A stretch of DNA of 64,000 nt from a virus. Below, one piece after another: positions 53,554 to 62,811 of this stretch. The translations under genes and the position numbers were made by a program. Within the stretch, counting starts at the first letter, position 1, and each line of letters begins with the position of its first letter. The DNA is taken from positions 1 through 64,000 of the IMG/VR virus record IMGVR_UViG_3300045988_104133; one strand, given 5' to 3'. The notes under the pieces were generated by a model that worked only from the letters and a program-made list of their open reading frames with translations, was not told where the DNA came from and ran no database searches.

Positions 53554-54735
53554 TTAACCCTTCTTGGTAATGTCGATAATCCAACGGTAAGGAGAATCGA
53601 GCATAGCAGGAACAGAAGCGAGGAACAAGTCTGTTTTGAACTCCTGGTAGAGACCGTTCGCGGTAATCATGTTACGCAGCAAGCCAAGCTTGTTGTTGGT
53701 CTGCGCCCAAGCCACATCAATGAGCTTGTTGCCAAGGGTGTCAAAGATACGCTTGTCAAGGATCTCCTTACGCATGAAACGCAAAGGCTTGCCAGCAGGA
53801 CGAAGAACAACTGTTCCGTCTGCCCAACCACGAATCTCTGTAACTGTGCCATCGAAGCGCTTGTTGTGCTCAACCTCATCGACAATCTCGATAGGAGAAA
53901 GACCGTTGAGGTCAACAACAGACTTCAAGAACATTGCGTTGTTTGGACCGTAGTTCTGCAAAACTGCCACAAAGTTAGCGTTCGCCCAGCTCTTGTACAA
54001 CTCAGCAATCTGCTTGTTCTTCAAGAATACGTTATTGTAGTCGTTCTTGGTCATCTGCCATACGAGAGGTACACTGCGGTACTCGATGTTCTCCTTGCGC
54101 CAATCCTCCTCAAACTTGCGCATCTGCTCAAGTAAGTCGCAGTTTGGATCGTTCCAGGCAAGCGTACCCGCCTTTTTGAAGTTCTCCTTTGGAACCTTTG
54201 CGTCATACAGAGGCTCCTGGATACCACGACCAATCTTGTCGTAGTCGATGAAACCTGTCGAACTCAACTGAGCTGACATGTAGGTCATAGTCATGTCGAG
54301 TGAGTCGTACAATACCTGTACCTTGTCGAGGTAAGCATCAACCAGGTCAGCGTCGTTGCCGAACTCATCCTGGAGAAGCTTCATCTTGTGGTAACGCTCT
54401 GTCGCAGTCTCACGGAAGCCGTCAGCAGCGAAGTCTGGAATTGAAGCGGTGTACCACTCAATACCCTCATGGTCGTTCTGATAGCCCTCGCCGAGAGGAG
54501 CACGGAGGTTCATCAAGGTTGCAGGGTTCAATTTACGTGTGCGAACCTTGAAGGTTGCATCACCATTGTTAGATGTAGGGGTGAGATCTGGATCAATGTC
54601 ACCCTGTGTCAGATACCAGCCGTTGTTACAGCGAAGTACGCCGTCACGATTGACGAACTTCTGAAGGTAAGTGTTGTTACCCTTACCAGTGAAGAACTTC
54701 GCAAGCTGCTCGACACCAATATCAATTTTTGCCAT
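53554..54735 (-). CDS. Major capsid protein (lambda gpE-like)
   Basis: 393 aa. The C-terminal pattern DGTVVLRPAGKPLRF ... LASVPAMLDSPYRWIIDI parallels lambda E (DNTMVLGN...RTYG ... QSAPLMLLADPDEFVSVQL). Position after the scaffold fits. Confidence 0.7.
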   Translation of the reverse strand: MAKIDIGVEQLAKFFTGKGNNTYLQKFVNRDGVLRCNNGWYLTQGDIDPDLTPTSNNGDATFKVRTRKLNPATLMNLRAPLGEGYQNDHEGIEWYTASIPDFAADGFRETATERYHKMKLLQDEFGNDADLVDAYLDKVQVLYDSLDMTMTYMSAQLSSTGFIDYDKIGRGIQEPLYDAKVPKENFKKAGTLAWNDPNCDLLEQMRKFEEDWRKENIEYRSVPLVWQMTKNDYNNVFLKNKQIAELYKSWANANFVAVLQNYGPNNAMFLKSVVDLNGLSPIEIVDEVEHNKRFDGTVTEIRGWADGTVVLRPAGKPLRFMRKEILDKRIFDTLGNKLIDVAWAQTNNKLGLLRNMITANGLYQEFKTDLFLASVPAMLDSPYRWIIDITKKG

Positions 54736-54770
54736 AATCCTGAATCAATCTTTTTACGTTATACAATAGG

Positions 54771-55544
54771 TTAAATGTGCCAGAACTCTGGGTAGAGTGA
54801 CTTGTTCATCGCCTTAACAGCAGGAGGAACAGGACCCATGCGGTCAAGCCACATAACGCAGTCTGGATTCAACATACAGAAGTTGACGTTTGTACGAGGC
54901 TTGTGATACTTGTCGCCGCCGGCATCGAAATAAGGGAAATCGTTGTCGCTCGGAGCAAAGCAGTTAGGGTTGGTTACCATTGGCAGCACGCTCGCGCCTG
55001 CCTTCTCTGCCTCCACCAGCACGTCGCCAGCGATCAATGCGCCAAGCGCCTCCGAGAGGGTCAGCTTCCATACGTCGCCTACCGATGTGTCGGTGGTTGC
55101 CTCCACGGCGGTCACGGTCACACCCTTTGCCTTTGTCTTGAAGTCCTTCTGACCGACCATGATGGTATCGCCAGGGAACGGGATGTGAACGAATCCGTTA
55201 CGAACGATGTAGATGTCTGTGTCTGTAGCCGCAGTAGTAGCCTTTGCCACGCCGTAAGCCTTCAGAATCTTGATTGTAGCACCAGGACCTTCGTTGCCTG
55301 CTGTAAAGCCAAGATCGTGCTCAATCAAGTCGCCGGCATAAATCTTAGCCTGACCCTTGAATGGGTTGACGAGCTTACCACCAATAGGTGGGTGAACGAA
55401 GGCATTCTTGACAAGTGCCTCAAGACCGGCAAACACGTATCGGGTTCCGCCGACCTTACCTTCTGTCTGAACGATGGTTGCGCCGTGGCTAAGCATACCA
55501 CGAGTACCCATCTGTTCCATGTAGGAAATAGAAGTGTTGTCCAT
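54771..55544 (-). CDS. Capsid-associated protein in the position of a decoration protein (function uncertain)
   Basis: 257-aa ORF between the scaffold and the major capsid gene. Confidence 0.3.
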   Translation of the reverse strand: MDNTSISYMEQMGTRGMLSHGATIVQTEGKVGGTRYVFAGLEALVKNAFVHPPIGGKLVNPFKGQAKIYAGDLIEHDLGFTAGNEGPGATIKILKAYGVAKATTAATDTDIYIVRNGFVHIPFPGDTIMVGQKDFKTKAKGVTVTAVEATTDTSVGDVWKLTLSEALGALIAGDVLVEAEKAGASVLPMVTNPNCFAPSDNDFPYFDAGGDKYHKPRTNVNFCMLNPDCVMWLDRMGPVPPAVKAMNKSLYPEFWHI

Positions 55545-55579
55545 AATCTTTTTACCTTTTTAAAATTGTTATCCTGAAA

Positions 55580-56275
55580 TTACTTCTTGTCTCCACCGCC
55601 GAATCTCTTCTTTCGACGCTCGGCCACTTCTTCCATAAACTTGTCATCATCTGTGGACGTGCCTCCGCTAGACGTGCGACTGCCTTTTGCTGGAATACCG
55701 TTTTCACCGGTAGCCTCCTTGTACTCTGCGGTGTAGATTTTCTCAGCCTTAGAAACCAGGTCGTCGATGTCGACATCTTCGTCCGGAATCTCCAGCTTTG
55801 CGATTGCAGCATTGAGGAAGTAGTTCTTCATTTCAAGGTTTGCCTTGTCGAACTTATCCTTCAAACCTGCCTTTACTGACTCGATGGTTGCCTTCCTTGC
55901 AGCCTTCTTGTCTCTTTCTGCGTTAGCTTCCTTGAGGGCTTTGATTTCTTTGAGAAGCTCGTTGTATTTGTCGTCAGAATCGTCATTCTTGGCGGCCTCC
56001 TTACGCTTGCGCTCCTCTTCCTCTTCCTTCTTCTTGCGTTCAGCCTCCTCCTTGCTCTTCTTTACCTCGTCAGAGATATTCTTGTGCAAGTTGCCGTTGA
56101 TACGCTTCAGACGGTTTGCTAACTTGGTAACCAACTTGGAATTTGCTTCCTCGTCATCACCGAAATCTTCCAAAACATCATCAAGTTCCTCATCGATGGT
56201 CTTTTGGCTAAGTTCTTTGAACTTGGTGGTATCAACCTCCTTGTTCACTAATGCTAAGAGTTCCTCTCTTGTCAT
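55580..56275 (-). CDS. Scaffolding protein
   Basis: 231 aa, highly charged and helical (EEAERKKKEEEEERKRKEAAK). Upstream of the capsid genes. Confidence 0.55.
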   Translation of the reverse strand: MTREELLALVNKEVDTTKFKELSQKTIDEELDDVLEDFGDDEEANSKLVTKLANRLKRINGNLHKNISDEVKKSKEEAERKKKEEEEERKRKEAAKNDDSDDKYNELLKEIKALKEANAERDKKAARKATIESVKAGLKDKFDKANLEMKNYFLNAAIAKLEIPDEDVDIDDLVSKAEKIYTAEYKEATGENGIPAKGSRTSSGGTSTDDDKFMEEVAERRKKRFGGGDKK

Positions 56276-56352
56276 GTTGTTTTTTGATTAAAAATGTTAT
56301 CCCGAAAGTGGTCCCTCCACCTCGAAAACGTATAAATATACCTTTTATTTTG

Positions 56353-56360
56353 CAAATATA
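56353..56360 (-). promoter_or_regulatory. Minus-strand -7 box TAtaTTTG (leftward late promoter candidate)
   Basis: Plus strand reads CAAATATA in the 146-bp divergent intergenic region. Confidence 0.35.
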
Positions 56361-56394
56361 TGAATAAATATGCAATTATCAAAGAAAAATTGTA

Positions 56395-56402
56395 TATTTT
56401 TG
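56395..56402 (+). promoter_or_regulatory. Plus-strand -7 box TAttTTTG (rightward packaging-operon promoter candidate)
   Basis: 20 nt upstream of the TerL ATG. Confidence 0.4.
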
Positions 56403-56421
56403 CAGTATTAAATGTATATTT

Positions 56422-58065
56422 ATGCAGAAAGATGTATTTTCAGGATTAAAATTGGATAACGGAGAGCCTATTTACACTCAAGAGTATATCCAATCATTAA
56501 GAGACGCCGACAAGAAGCATCCCGACAAGCTGAAGATTATAGCTCAGCGTGGCGGTCAGGAACGCATGCTGTCTATAGACGCTGATATTAAGATAGTTGG
56601 CGGTTCGCGAGGCGGCTCAAAATCGTTCTCTTCCCTAATGGAAGTTCTGAAGGATATTAAAAATCCAGATTTTCATGCAACAATTCTTCGTAACGAAAAA
56701 GACGACTTACAGTCCTTAGTGACAGACTCTTATAAATTGTTCTCCCAATTTGGAACTTACAATAAGTCACAAAATGATATGACCTGGAACTTCGATAACG
56801 GAGGATGGCTCAAATTCTCGTACTATGCTGGAGCCTATCAGGACTTCAAGACACGATTCCAGGGTCGCCAGTATGCCTACGTCTGCATCGATGAGGGTAC
56901 TCAGTGCCCATACAAGAAGTTCAAGTACCTCTTGACCAACAACCGAAATGCAGCGCATATCCGAAACCGCTTCTGGATTACCTGTAACCCAGACCCGGAA
57001 TCTTGGGTGAGAAAGTTCATTGACTGGTGGGTTGACGAGAACGGCTACATCATACCGGAACGGGACGGAGTTATACGATACTGTTTCATGGACGGAGATA
57101 CGCCTGACTCAATCTACTGGGGTAACACGAGAGAAGAGGTGTACGAGCAGTGCAAGGGCATTATTGATAGCCTTTGGAAGGACAGCTATGAGGAACTTGG
57201 TTATACAAAGCTCGAAATGTTCATCAAGTCGGCAACATTCGTTCGCGCTGACGTATCAGAGAACATTAAGCTTATCTCTACCGATGCCTCATATCTCGCC
57301 AACCTTGCCCAACAGGACGAGGAACAGCGTATGCGAGACCTTGAAGCCAACTGGAACTGGAAGGCCGCCGGTGATGACATGATCAAGATGGAAGACCTTG
57401 ATGAAATCTACGACAATGCAGAACAGATAGGAGATGGAAAACGCAGAGCTTCTGCCGATATTGCTTTCACCGGCGGAGATAACTTCGTAATGTGGCTTTG
57501 GGAAGGATGGCATTGTAAAGACTTGGTTGTGCTGAGGCTGGACCCTAAGACGCTCGTTTCTGTAGTTGAGGCCAAGCTGAGAGAGTGGGGGGTCGAGGAA
57601 TGTAACTTCACTTACGATATGCAGGGAATCGGTCAGTACTTCAAGGGATTCTTCAAGGATGCCGTCCCATTCAACAACCAGGCAGCACCTATCGCTAGGA
57701 ATCATCAGGAAGAAGAAGGAATCAAATATCTCTATAAAGATTTGAAGTCTCAGTGTGCTTGGTTATTCTATAAGATGATAAAGGAGAAGCAGATTTCCAT
57801 CGACTCGGCCCTGCTTGAAAGAAAGTATTCAGGAAACGGATTTGACAAGGTTCCTCTCAGACAGATTCTTCAGAAGGAGCGTAAGATGCTCAGACGTGAC
57901 GAGAATAGCGATGATAGGGGATTCAAGCTATTACCTAAGAAGATTGCCAAGAAATATGTCGGGCACTCGCCTGACTTCTTTGAATCTTGGTTCTACGTAA
58001 TGATATTCAGTTTAACAAAAAAGAAAAATAAAAAGGTAAAAGGATTATGGATGCTATCAAGGTAA
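56422..58065 (+). CDS. terL: Terminase large subunit
   Basis: Walker A-like GGSRGGSKS, Walker B YVCIDEGTQ, and a nuclease-type C-terminal half. Confidence 0.9.
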   Translation: MQKDVFSGLKLDNGEPIYTQEYIQSLRDADKKHPDKLKIIAQRGGQERMLSIDADIKIVGGSRGGSKSFSSLMEVLKDIKNPDFHATILRNEKDDLQSLVTDSYKLFSQFGTYNKSQNDMTWNFDNGGWLKFSYYAGAYQDFKTRFQGRQYAYVCIDEGTQCPYKKFKYLLTNNRNAAHIRNRFWITCNPDPESWVRKFIDWWVDENGYIIPERDGVIRYCFMDGDTPDSIYWGNTREEVYEQCKGIIDSLWKDSYEELGYTKLEMFIKSATFVRADVSENIKLISTDASYLANLAQQDEEQRMRDLEANWNWKAAGDDMIKMEDLDEIYDNAEQIGDGKRRASADIAFTGGDNFVMWLWEGWHCKDLVVLRLDPKTLVSVVEAKLREWGVEECNFTYDMQGIGQYFKGFFKDAVPFNNQAAPIARNHQEEEGIKYLYKDLKSQCAWLFYKMIKEKQISIDSALLERKYSGNGFDKVPLRQILQKERKMLRRDENSDDRGFKLLPKKIAKKYVGHSPDFFESWFYVMIFSLTKKKNKKVKGLWMLSR

Positions 58066-59753
58066 CAAATTTCAGAAAGATTCTCGTAAAGAAGCCTTTC
58101 TTTGAACTCACGCCAAAGGGGTACATGAACCACGATGGCTATTGCAGGAACGAGGTGTCCGATAATGAAGACCCTCAGATGCCGCAAGATACATTGTACA
58201 GAGTGATTAAGACTCAGAAGGACTTCCTTCGTGAGTTCTATCCTACGTCCCACAAAATCTTCGACAAGGATCTCTACCCTGACATCTGGAGAAAGAACCC
58301 GGAAGACGGGAAATGGTATGTCCAGGAGATTCAAAGAACGGCATTTGCTTTCCAGCAAGTTATTCATACGAAGCATGTTCTCCACATGACAGGTAACGAT
58401 ATTCAGTTTGAGCTTGCCGGTGATCCTGAGATGAAGAAACAGGAAGAGTATATTAATCTCCTTGCCAAGTTCAAGAAGGGATGGTATATGCACGATATGG
58501 AGATTCGTCACTATGAGGCTGTAAGTTCGTACATGAAGGTTGCTGAGGCTGCTGTAGTCGGATTCTTCGATAAAAACAAGAAATTCGGTACTCGCACATT
58601 GGCTTTCGATAGAGGAGACACATTGTATCCTCAGTTCGACCCTCTTACTGGCGAACTCGTTGTGTTTGCTCGCAAGTATTACGACTTCGATGAGGAAGGC
58701 AATGAAAAGATTGAATGGGTAGAGGTGTGGGATGACAAGACGTTCTACCGCTTCAAGAAGCAAGTTAACGAAGGTAAGGTCAAGGAGACTATCAAGAGAA
58801 TTGCCAAGATATTCGGAATCGACGACTATACTTGCGTTGAAGAGAAAGCTCACGGCTTCCCATTTATCCCTGTTGCATACGTAAGAAACGATGACGGTCC
58901 ATGCTGGTCTGTTGTACAGAAGAACATCGAGGACTACGAGGAAGCTTTCTCTTATCTCTGCGAGAACAACAAGGCTTACGCCTTCCCTATAATGAAGCTG
59001 AAGGGCGATGGTGACGACATTACCGTTGTTGGAGATACAGACGGATCGGCTAAGATGATTCAGATTACCGATACGAATGGTGATGCAGACTTCATTAACG
59101 GAACAGACGCTTCCGATGCATTTGCGACACAGCTCAACAAGTCGTATGACCTCATCTATGAGCTTTCGTTCACTGTAAAGCCACCGGAGCTGAAGTCGGG
59201 TGACCTTCCGGGCGTTGCTATCAAGCTGCTCTATTCTCCTGCCATCGAGGTTGCAGAGAACGATGCTAAGAAGATGCATCCGTTCCTGGATCAACTTGTT
59301 CGTATCTCAAAGTATGGTATCGGAGTTGAAGAAAACTGCATGGCCACTATGACCGGTCTTCCTATTCACGCTTGGGTGGAAATCTATGTGCATCAGAACA
59401 AATCTGAGATTATCACAAACTTGGCAACGGCTGTTCAAAACGGCTTCCTCTCAAAGCAGACTGCATCTGAGCGTTGCCCAGACTTCCCAGTTAACGATGA
59501 ATACGACCGTATCATGCGCGAGAAGAAGGAAGAGGATCAGCAGGACCTCCTCATGGATATTCAGCGTGCGGATAACGAAACTCAAAATGCAATCGAGGAG
59601 CAGAAAGCTACTGCGAATATTCAGAATGGAGGTAGTGGAAACGTACGTACGGGTCGCGGAGCTGGACGCCCAAATAAGTCAGGAACCAAATGGGACGAGA
59701 ATCGGAACGCCCCGAATGAGAACAACTGGCAGCACTACAACCAAACCCATTAA
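58047..59753 (+). CDS. Portal protein (SPP1 gp6-like)
   Basis: 568 aa, immediately after TerL and overlapping it. Confidence 0.75.
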   Translation: MDAIKVTNFRKILVKKPFFELTPKGYMNHDGYCRNEVSDNEDPQMPQDTLYRVIKTQKDFLREFYPTSHKIFDKDLYPDIWRKNPEDGKWYVQEIQRTAFAFQQVIHTKHVLHMTGNDIQFELAGDPEMKKQEEYINLLAKFKKGWYMHDMEIRHYEAVSSYMKVAEAAVVGFFDKNKKFGTRTLAFDRGDTLYPQFDPLTGELVVFARKYYDFDEEGNEKIEWVEVWDDKTFYRFKKQVNEGKVKETIKRIAKIFGIDDYTCVEEKAHGFPFIPVAYVRNDDGPCWSVVQKNIEDYEEAFSYLCENNKAYAFPIMKLKGDGDDITVVGDTDGSAKMIQITDTNGDADFINGTDASDAFATQLNKSYDLIYELSFTVKPPELKSGDLPGVAIKLLYSPAIEVAENDAKKMHPFLDQLVRISKYGIGVEENCMATMTGLPIHAWVEIYVHQNKSEIITNLATAVQNGFLSKQTASERCPDFPVNDEYDRIMREKKEEDQQDLLMDIQRADNETQNAIEEQKATANIQNGGSGNVRTGRGAGRPNKSGTKWDENRNAPNENNWQHYNQTH

Positions 59754-59759
59754 TAGCCT

Positions 59760-60536
59760 ATGGATGAATTAAAACGTTCTGTCGATTACAGCAGGAAGCG
59801 CTTGCAGGCAATCCGAAACTGCGAGGACCATGTTGCAGATATTCTCTGGAAATCGACACAGAAAATAATTGCCGCAAGTAAGCGATACAGAGGTGCGGGC
59901 AGGCTCACAAACGAGTCAGCCCTGCTCTCTTACGCCAAGAATGTTACTGCTGATGCAGAGGAGAGTATCAACAGTTACATCTCTGCTTACTCCAAGGTTT
60001 CATGCAAGATTCTCGGGATTGACAACGAGAACATAGAATCGTTTCTCGTCAGCGACATCTACGGAAAGACGACATCCGAAAGAAACGCCGTCTATCTCGG
60101 AAACTTTGCTGAAGATATTGTAAGGATGATCAAGGCAGGAACCTTGATGGGATATTCAGACCAGCAGCTCCTGTCTTCCATCCGCACAGGCTATAAAGAC
60201 CCATATCACACATCAGTCATCACCAAGGCGAAGAGAAAGGACATAAATATCGATGTTCCTTCTTACGGAAAGGGATACTACAAGAACGCCTATCAGAACA
60301 TTGTAAGAAACGCCTCTCAGGTGATTGCTTTGGCGTGGGGACAGGCAGAGCAGGAGTATGGGCAGGAGAACAAGGCTATCGGGTTCTACGTCAAGAGAGG
60401 AAGTAGTTATCCATGCGAAATCTGCCAAAATGAAGCCGATGCTGGCATCCATTCTTTCAAAGATCCATATCCTCCATTTCACGTTTCGTGTTGTTGCTAC
60501 ACAGTATTTGCATTCAAGGATAATAAAAAGAAATAA
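59760..60536 (+). CDS. Head morphogenesis protein (SPP1 gp7 / Mu F-like)
   Basis: Lies after the portal. The C-terminal Cys/His cluster CEICQNEADAGIHSFKDPYPPFHVSCCC is typical of the family. Confidence 0.65.
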   Translation: MDELKRSVDYSRKRLQAIRNCEDHVADILWKSTQKIIAASKRYRGAGRLTNESALLSYAKNVTADAEESINSYISAYSKVSCKILGIDNENIESFLVSDIYGKTTSERNAVYLGNFAEDIVRMIKAGTLMGYSDQQLLSSIRTGYKDPYHTSVITKAKRKDINIDVPSYGKGYYKNAYQNIVRNASQVIALAWGQAEQEYGQENKAIGFYVKRGSSYPCEICQNEADAGIHSFKDPYPPFHVSCCCYTVFAFKDNKKK

Positions 60537-60540
60537 GATT

Positions 60541-61089
60541 ATGATTGAAGAAACAAAAGGATACACGTTATCCGTCGATACATACAAGAAAGCGAAGGCT
60601 CTCAAGATGAAAGACCCTCGCTATTACATCTACGCCAGTCTCCGTGGTTCAGGTATGTCTGTTCGTGACAGCTGGGCCATCGCATTCCAAGGAGAAGGAA
60701 TAGGTGTGTGGGAGAAATCATTCCTCGAAAACGAGATGAACAAGCTAGAAGCCCAAGAGTCCGTCCAGAAGAGAATAGCAGAGGTTCAGGGCAAGAAAAC
60801 GAAGAACGAGAACGCCGATGAACTCACCCAGGAGGAACTTATTAAGGCTACCTCGAAGGAAGAGATTCTGAGAAACCTCGTTATCGCTCAGCGCAAGCAG
60901 AAGTTTGGCTCTCCAGAGTGGCAAAAGACAACTGCCATGATAGCCGACTACTCTAAGATTAAGCAGGACGAAATTGATACAGAAAATAATGTGGTCCACT
61001 ACTACATTCCTCTATCAATGCCTCGATGCTGCGAGGACTGCATTATCTTCAAAAATGGCCAGGCGACCTTTCAAAAGAAGAAGAAATAG
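60541..61089 (+). CDS. Hypothetical protein (weak small-terminase-like features)
   Basis: The internal ATG at 60541 follows the upstream stop. There is an HTH-like segment ASLRGSGMSVRDSWAIAF and a charged helical middle. Confidence 0.4.
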   Translation: MIEETKGYTLSVDTYKKAKALKMKDPRYYIYASLRGSGMSVRDSWAIAFQGEGIGVWEKSFLENEMNKLEAQESVQKRIAEVQGKKTKNENADELTQEELIKATSKEEILRNLVIAQRKQKFGSPEWQKTTAMIADYSKIKQDEIDTENNVVHYYIPLSMPRCCEDCIIFKNGQATFQKKKK

Positions 61090-61141
61090 TTAAATTCGTG
61101 TTAAAGTAACTTTGTTTTACTAGAATTTCAGCAAAACCAAG

Positions 61142-61149
61142 TACCTTTG
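61142..61149 (+). promoter_or_regulatory. Plus-strand -7 box TAccTTTG in a convergent intergenic region
   Basis: Exact TAnnTTTG, with no protein-coding ORF downstream before the terminator. Confidence 0.3.
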
Positions 61150-61212
61150 CAAACAATTAATGTTCACAGATTCTTTCTGCTGAGCATAATTCAAATTATT
61201 TTGGTTAACTAA

Positions 61213-61251
61213 GAGGGGCAGTGTCTTCACAGATGCTGCCCCTCGCTTTTT
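61213..61251 (+). terminator. Intrinsic terminator (9-bp GAGGGGCAG/CTGCCCCTC hairpin plus T5)
   Basis: Stem 61213-61221 pairs with 61236-61244, then GCTTTTT. Confidence 0.7.
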
Positions 61252-61289
61252 AAAACAAATATATAAGTAGAAGAAAACTTTGAAGTCAA

Positions 61290-61478
61290 TTAAGGATACT
61301 TCTCTCCGGTAACCAACTCAAGTATACCCTTAAGCCTATCATTAAGAAGGTCGTCGTTGAATACTGGAAGAATACCGTATGGAGGAAGTTTCTTCGTCTC
61401 TGCGGCCTCCAAAATAAACTGGAGCGCCTGTACCAGGGAAGTATGGTCTTGAACGACCTCAAGCAACTTATCGCTCAT
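61290..61478 (-). CDS. Small hypothetical protein (62 aa)
   Basis: The start MSDKLLEVV at 61478 overlaps the upstream stop by 11 nt. The longer 61655 start would overlap out of frame. Confidence 0.4.
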   Translation of the reverse strand: MSDKLLEVVQDHTSLVQALQFILEAAETKKLPPYGILPVFNDDLLNDRLKGILELVTGEKYP

Positions 61479-62022
61479 CCTTGCCTCCTTTCTTCTTAAT
61501 CTGCTCTGCCATTTCAAGAATAGTCTCGGCGTGCTTATCTCGGTCGATGACCTCCTGAACTGCCTCATCGCTTTCTTTGCGAAGCTGCTCTTCAGTCTTA
61601 CCCTCGTCGGCAGCAGCGTTTCTTCTTGCAGCCTCACGAGCAAGGTATTCGTCACGAAGCTTCAACTTACCTGCCGTGTATTCTGCATCGCCAGGCAACG
61701 ATGTATCAGCATACATAAGCTGGGCAAATGCCTCGATGATGTTTCCATTATCCTTGGAGAACTCATAATGGTCTCCTACAGCCACAGGAACACATTCATC
61801 GAGCGCAGCGTACATTGATGTACCGATAGAGTATTCAATACCCCATGTACCGGCAATGTCAGCAATCTTGATGAAAGGCAGAGAGCCTCTCTGTAAATGC
61901 TTCTTGATATCAGCAGGAATATCCTCTCTGAGTGAAGCAACTTCTTTCTTAGACAAGCTCTTGCTGAACTTCAGCACGGTGAAGTGTCTTGTCTTAATAG
62001 TCTTTCCAAATGGTAATGCCAT
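61468..62022 (-). CDS. Hypothetical protein
   Basis: 184-aa ORF. Confidence 0.55.
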   Translation of the reverse strand: MALPFGKTIKTRHFTVLKFSKSLSKKEVASLREDIPADIKKHLQRGSLPFIKIADIAGTWGIEYSIGTSMYAALDECVPVAVGDHYEFSKDNGNIIEAFAQLMYADTSLPGDAEYTAGKLKLRDEYLAREAARRNAAADEGKTEEQLRKESDEAVQEVIDRDKHAETILEMAEQIKKKGGKDER

Positions 62023-62034
62023 GATAACAATATT

Positions 62035-62178
62035 TTAGAGTTCAACTTTTATTTCCTTATACTCGAAATCTGCGCAAGATGGATTCTCCTCAGAAGTAAA
62101 CCTAATCTCATTAGGGTGGTTACAAGCTCCATTCTTGAAGAAGAAGCAATCCTTGCAAGTGTAATCAGTCTGTTCCAT
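62035..62178 (-). CDS. Cys-rich micro-protein (47 aa)
   Basis: Hand translation gives MEQTDYTCKDCFFFKNGACNHPNEIRFTSEENPSCADFEYKEIKVEL. Confidence 0.35.
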   Translation of the reverse strand: MEQTDYTCKDCFFFKNGACNHPNEIRFTSEENPSCADFEYKEIKVEL

Positions 62179-62791
62179 GTTCCTTACGTTTTTGATATTC
62201 CATCAATGTCAAGATACAATAGTTAGCGCAGTCAAGAAGAGCATCTTCCAATGGTTCATTAGCAACTTGCGCCTCATTGTCCTTCAGCGTCTTGATGCGA
62301 TTTACCTTCTCTCGTATCTTTCCGTAGCCGTAGTTGATACCAAGCTCATCATACATTTCGGAAAAAGCATTCCCATAATCGTGATTCTTGCGCTTGTAGG
62401 TATCGCTCATCTTGTCGGTGATATCCTTGAAGCGGTCAGCATCGGTTCTTTCGTTTTGTTTCCCCTTAAGCGGCAACTTGCTCCAATCAAGATTATCGCC
62501 GATGATACAATCCTTCCATTCATCCATCAGCTTTTCTGCATATTCGGGATATAAACCATTCTTCTGCAAAATATCTAAATCTACGCGTACATTAGTAATG
62601 TCGCGAACGCCACAATAAACACAGTCATTTTTAACAGACTTTACACAAAAAACATCTGTAGGTTCAATCAGTGACATGCAGCATCCTTTCCTTGTATTGA
62701 CATAATAGAAAAATCCTCCTCTGGTGCGTTCTATACTCTCGCACGGAAGTAAAAACTCCAGCCCTACCTTAATATCTTCTTTCTTAATCAT
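62165..62791 (-). CDS. Protein with C-terminal DUF1599 (MazG-like, nucleotide-modification-associated) domain
   Basis: YKRKNHDYGNAFSEMYDELG...GKIREKVNRIKTL...LEDALLDCANYCILTL fits the DUF1599 pattern. Confidence 0.55.
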   Translation of the reverse strand: MIKKEDIKVGLEFLLPCESIERTRGGFFYYVNTRKGCCMSLIEPTDVFCVKSVKNDCVYCGVRDITNVRVDLDILQKNGLYPEYAEKLMDEWKDCIIGDNLDWSKLPLKGKQNERTDADRFKDITDKMSDTYKRKNHDYGNAFSEMYDELGINYGYGKIREKVNRIKTLKDNEAQVANEPLEDALLDCANYCILTLMEYQKRKEHGTD

Positions 62792-62811
62792 AAGCTATTC
62801 CTCCTTATCTT

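Noticed and set aside
55567-55585. GGATAACAATT identity to the lac operator half-site within the late motif
   Set aside because: This is an 11-nt coincidence. There is no LacI-family gene and no second half-site.
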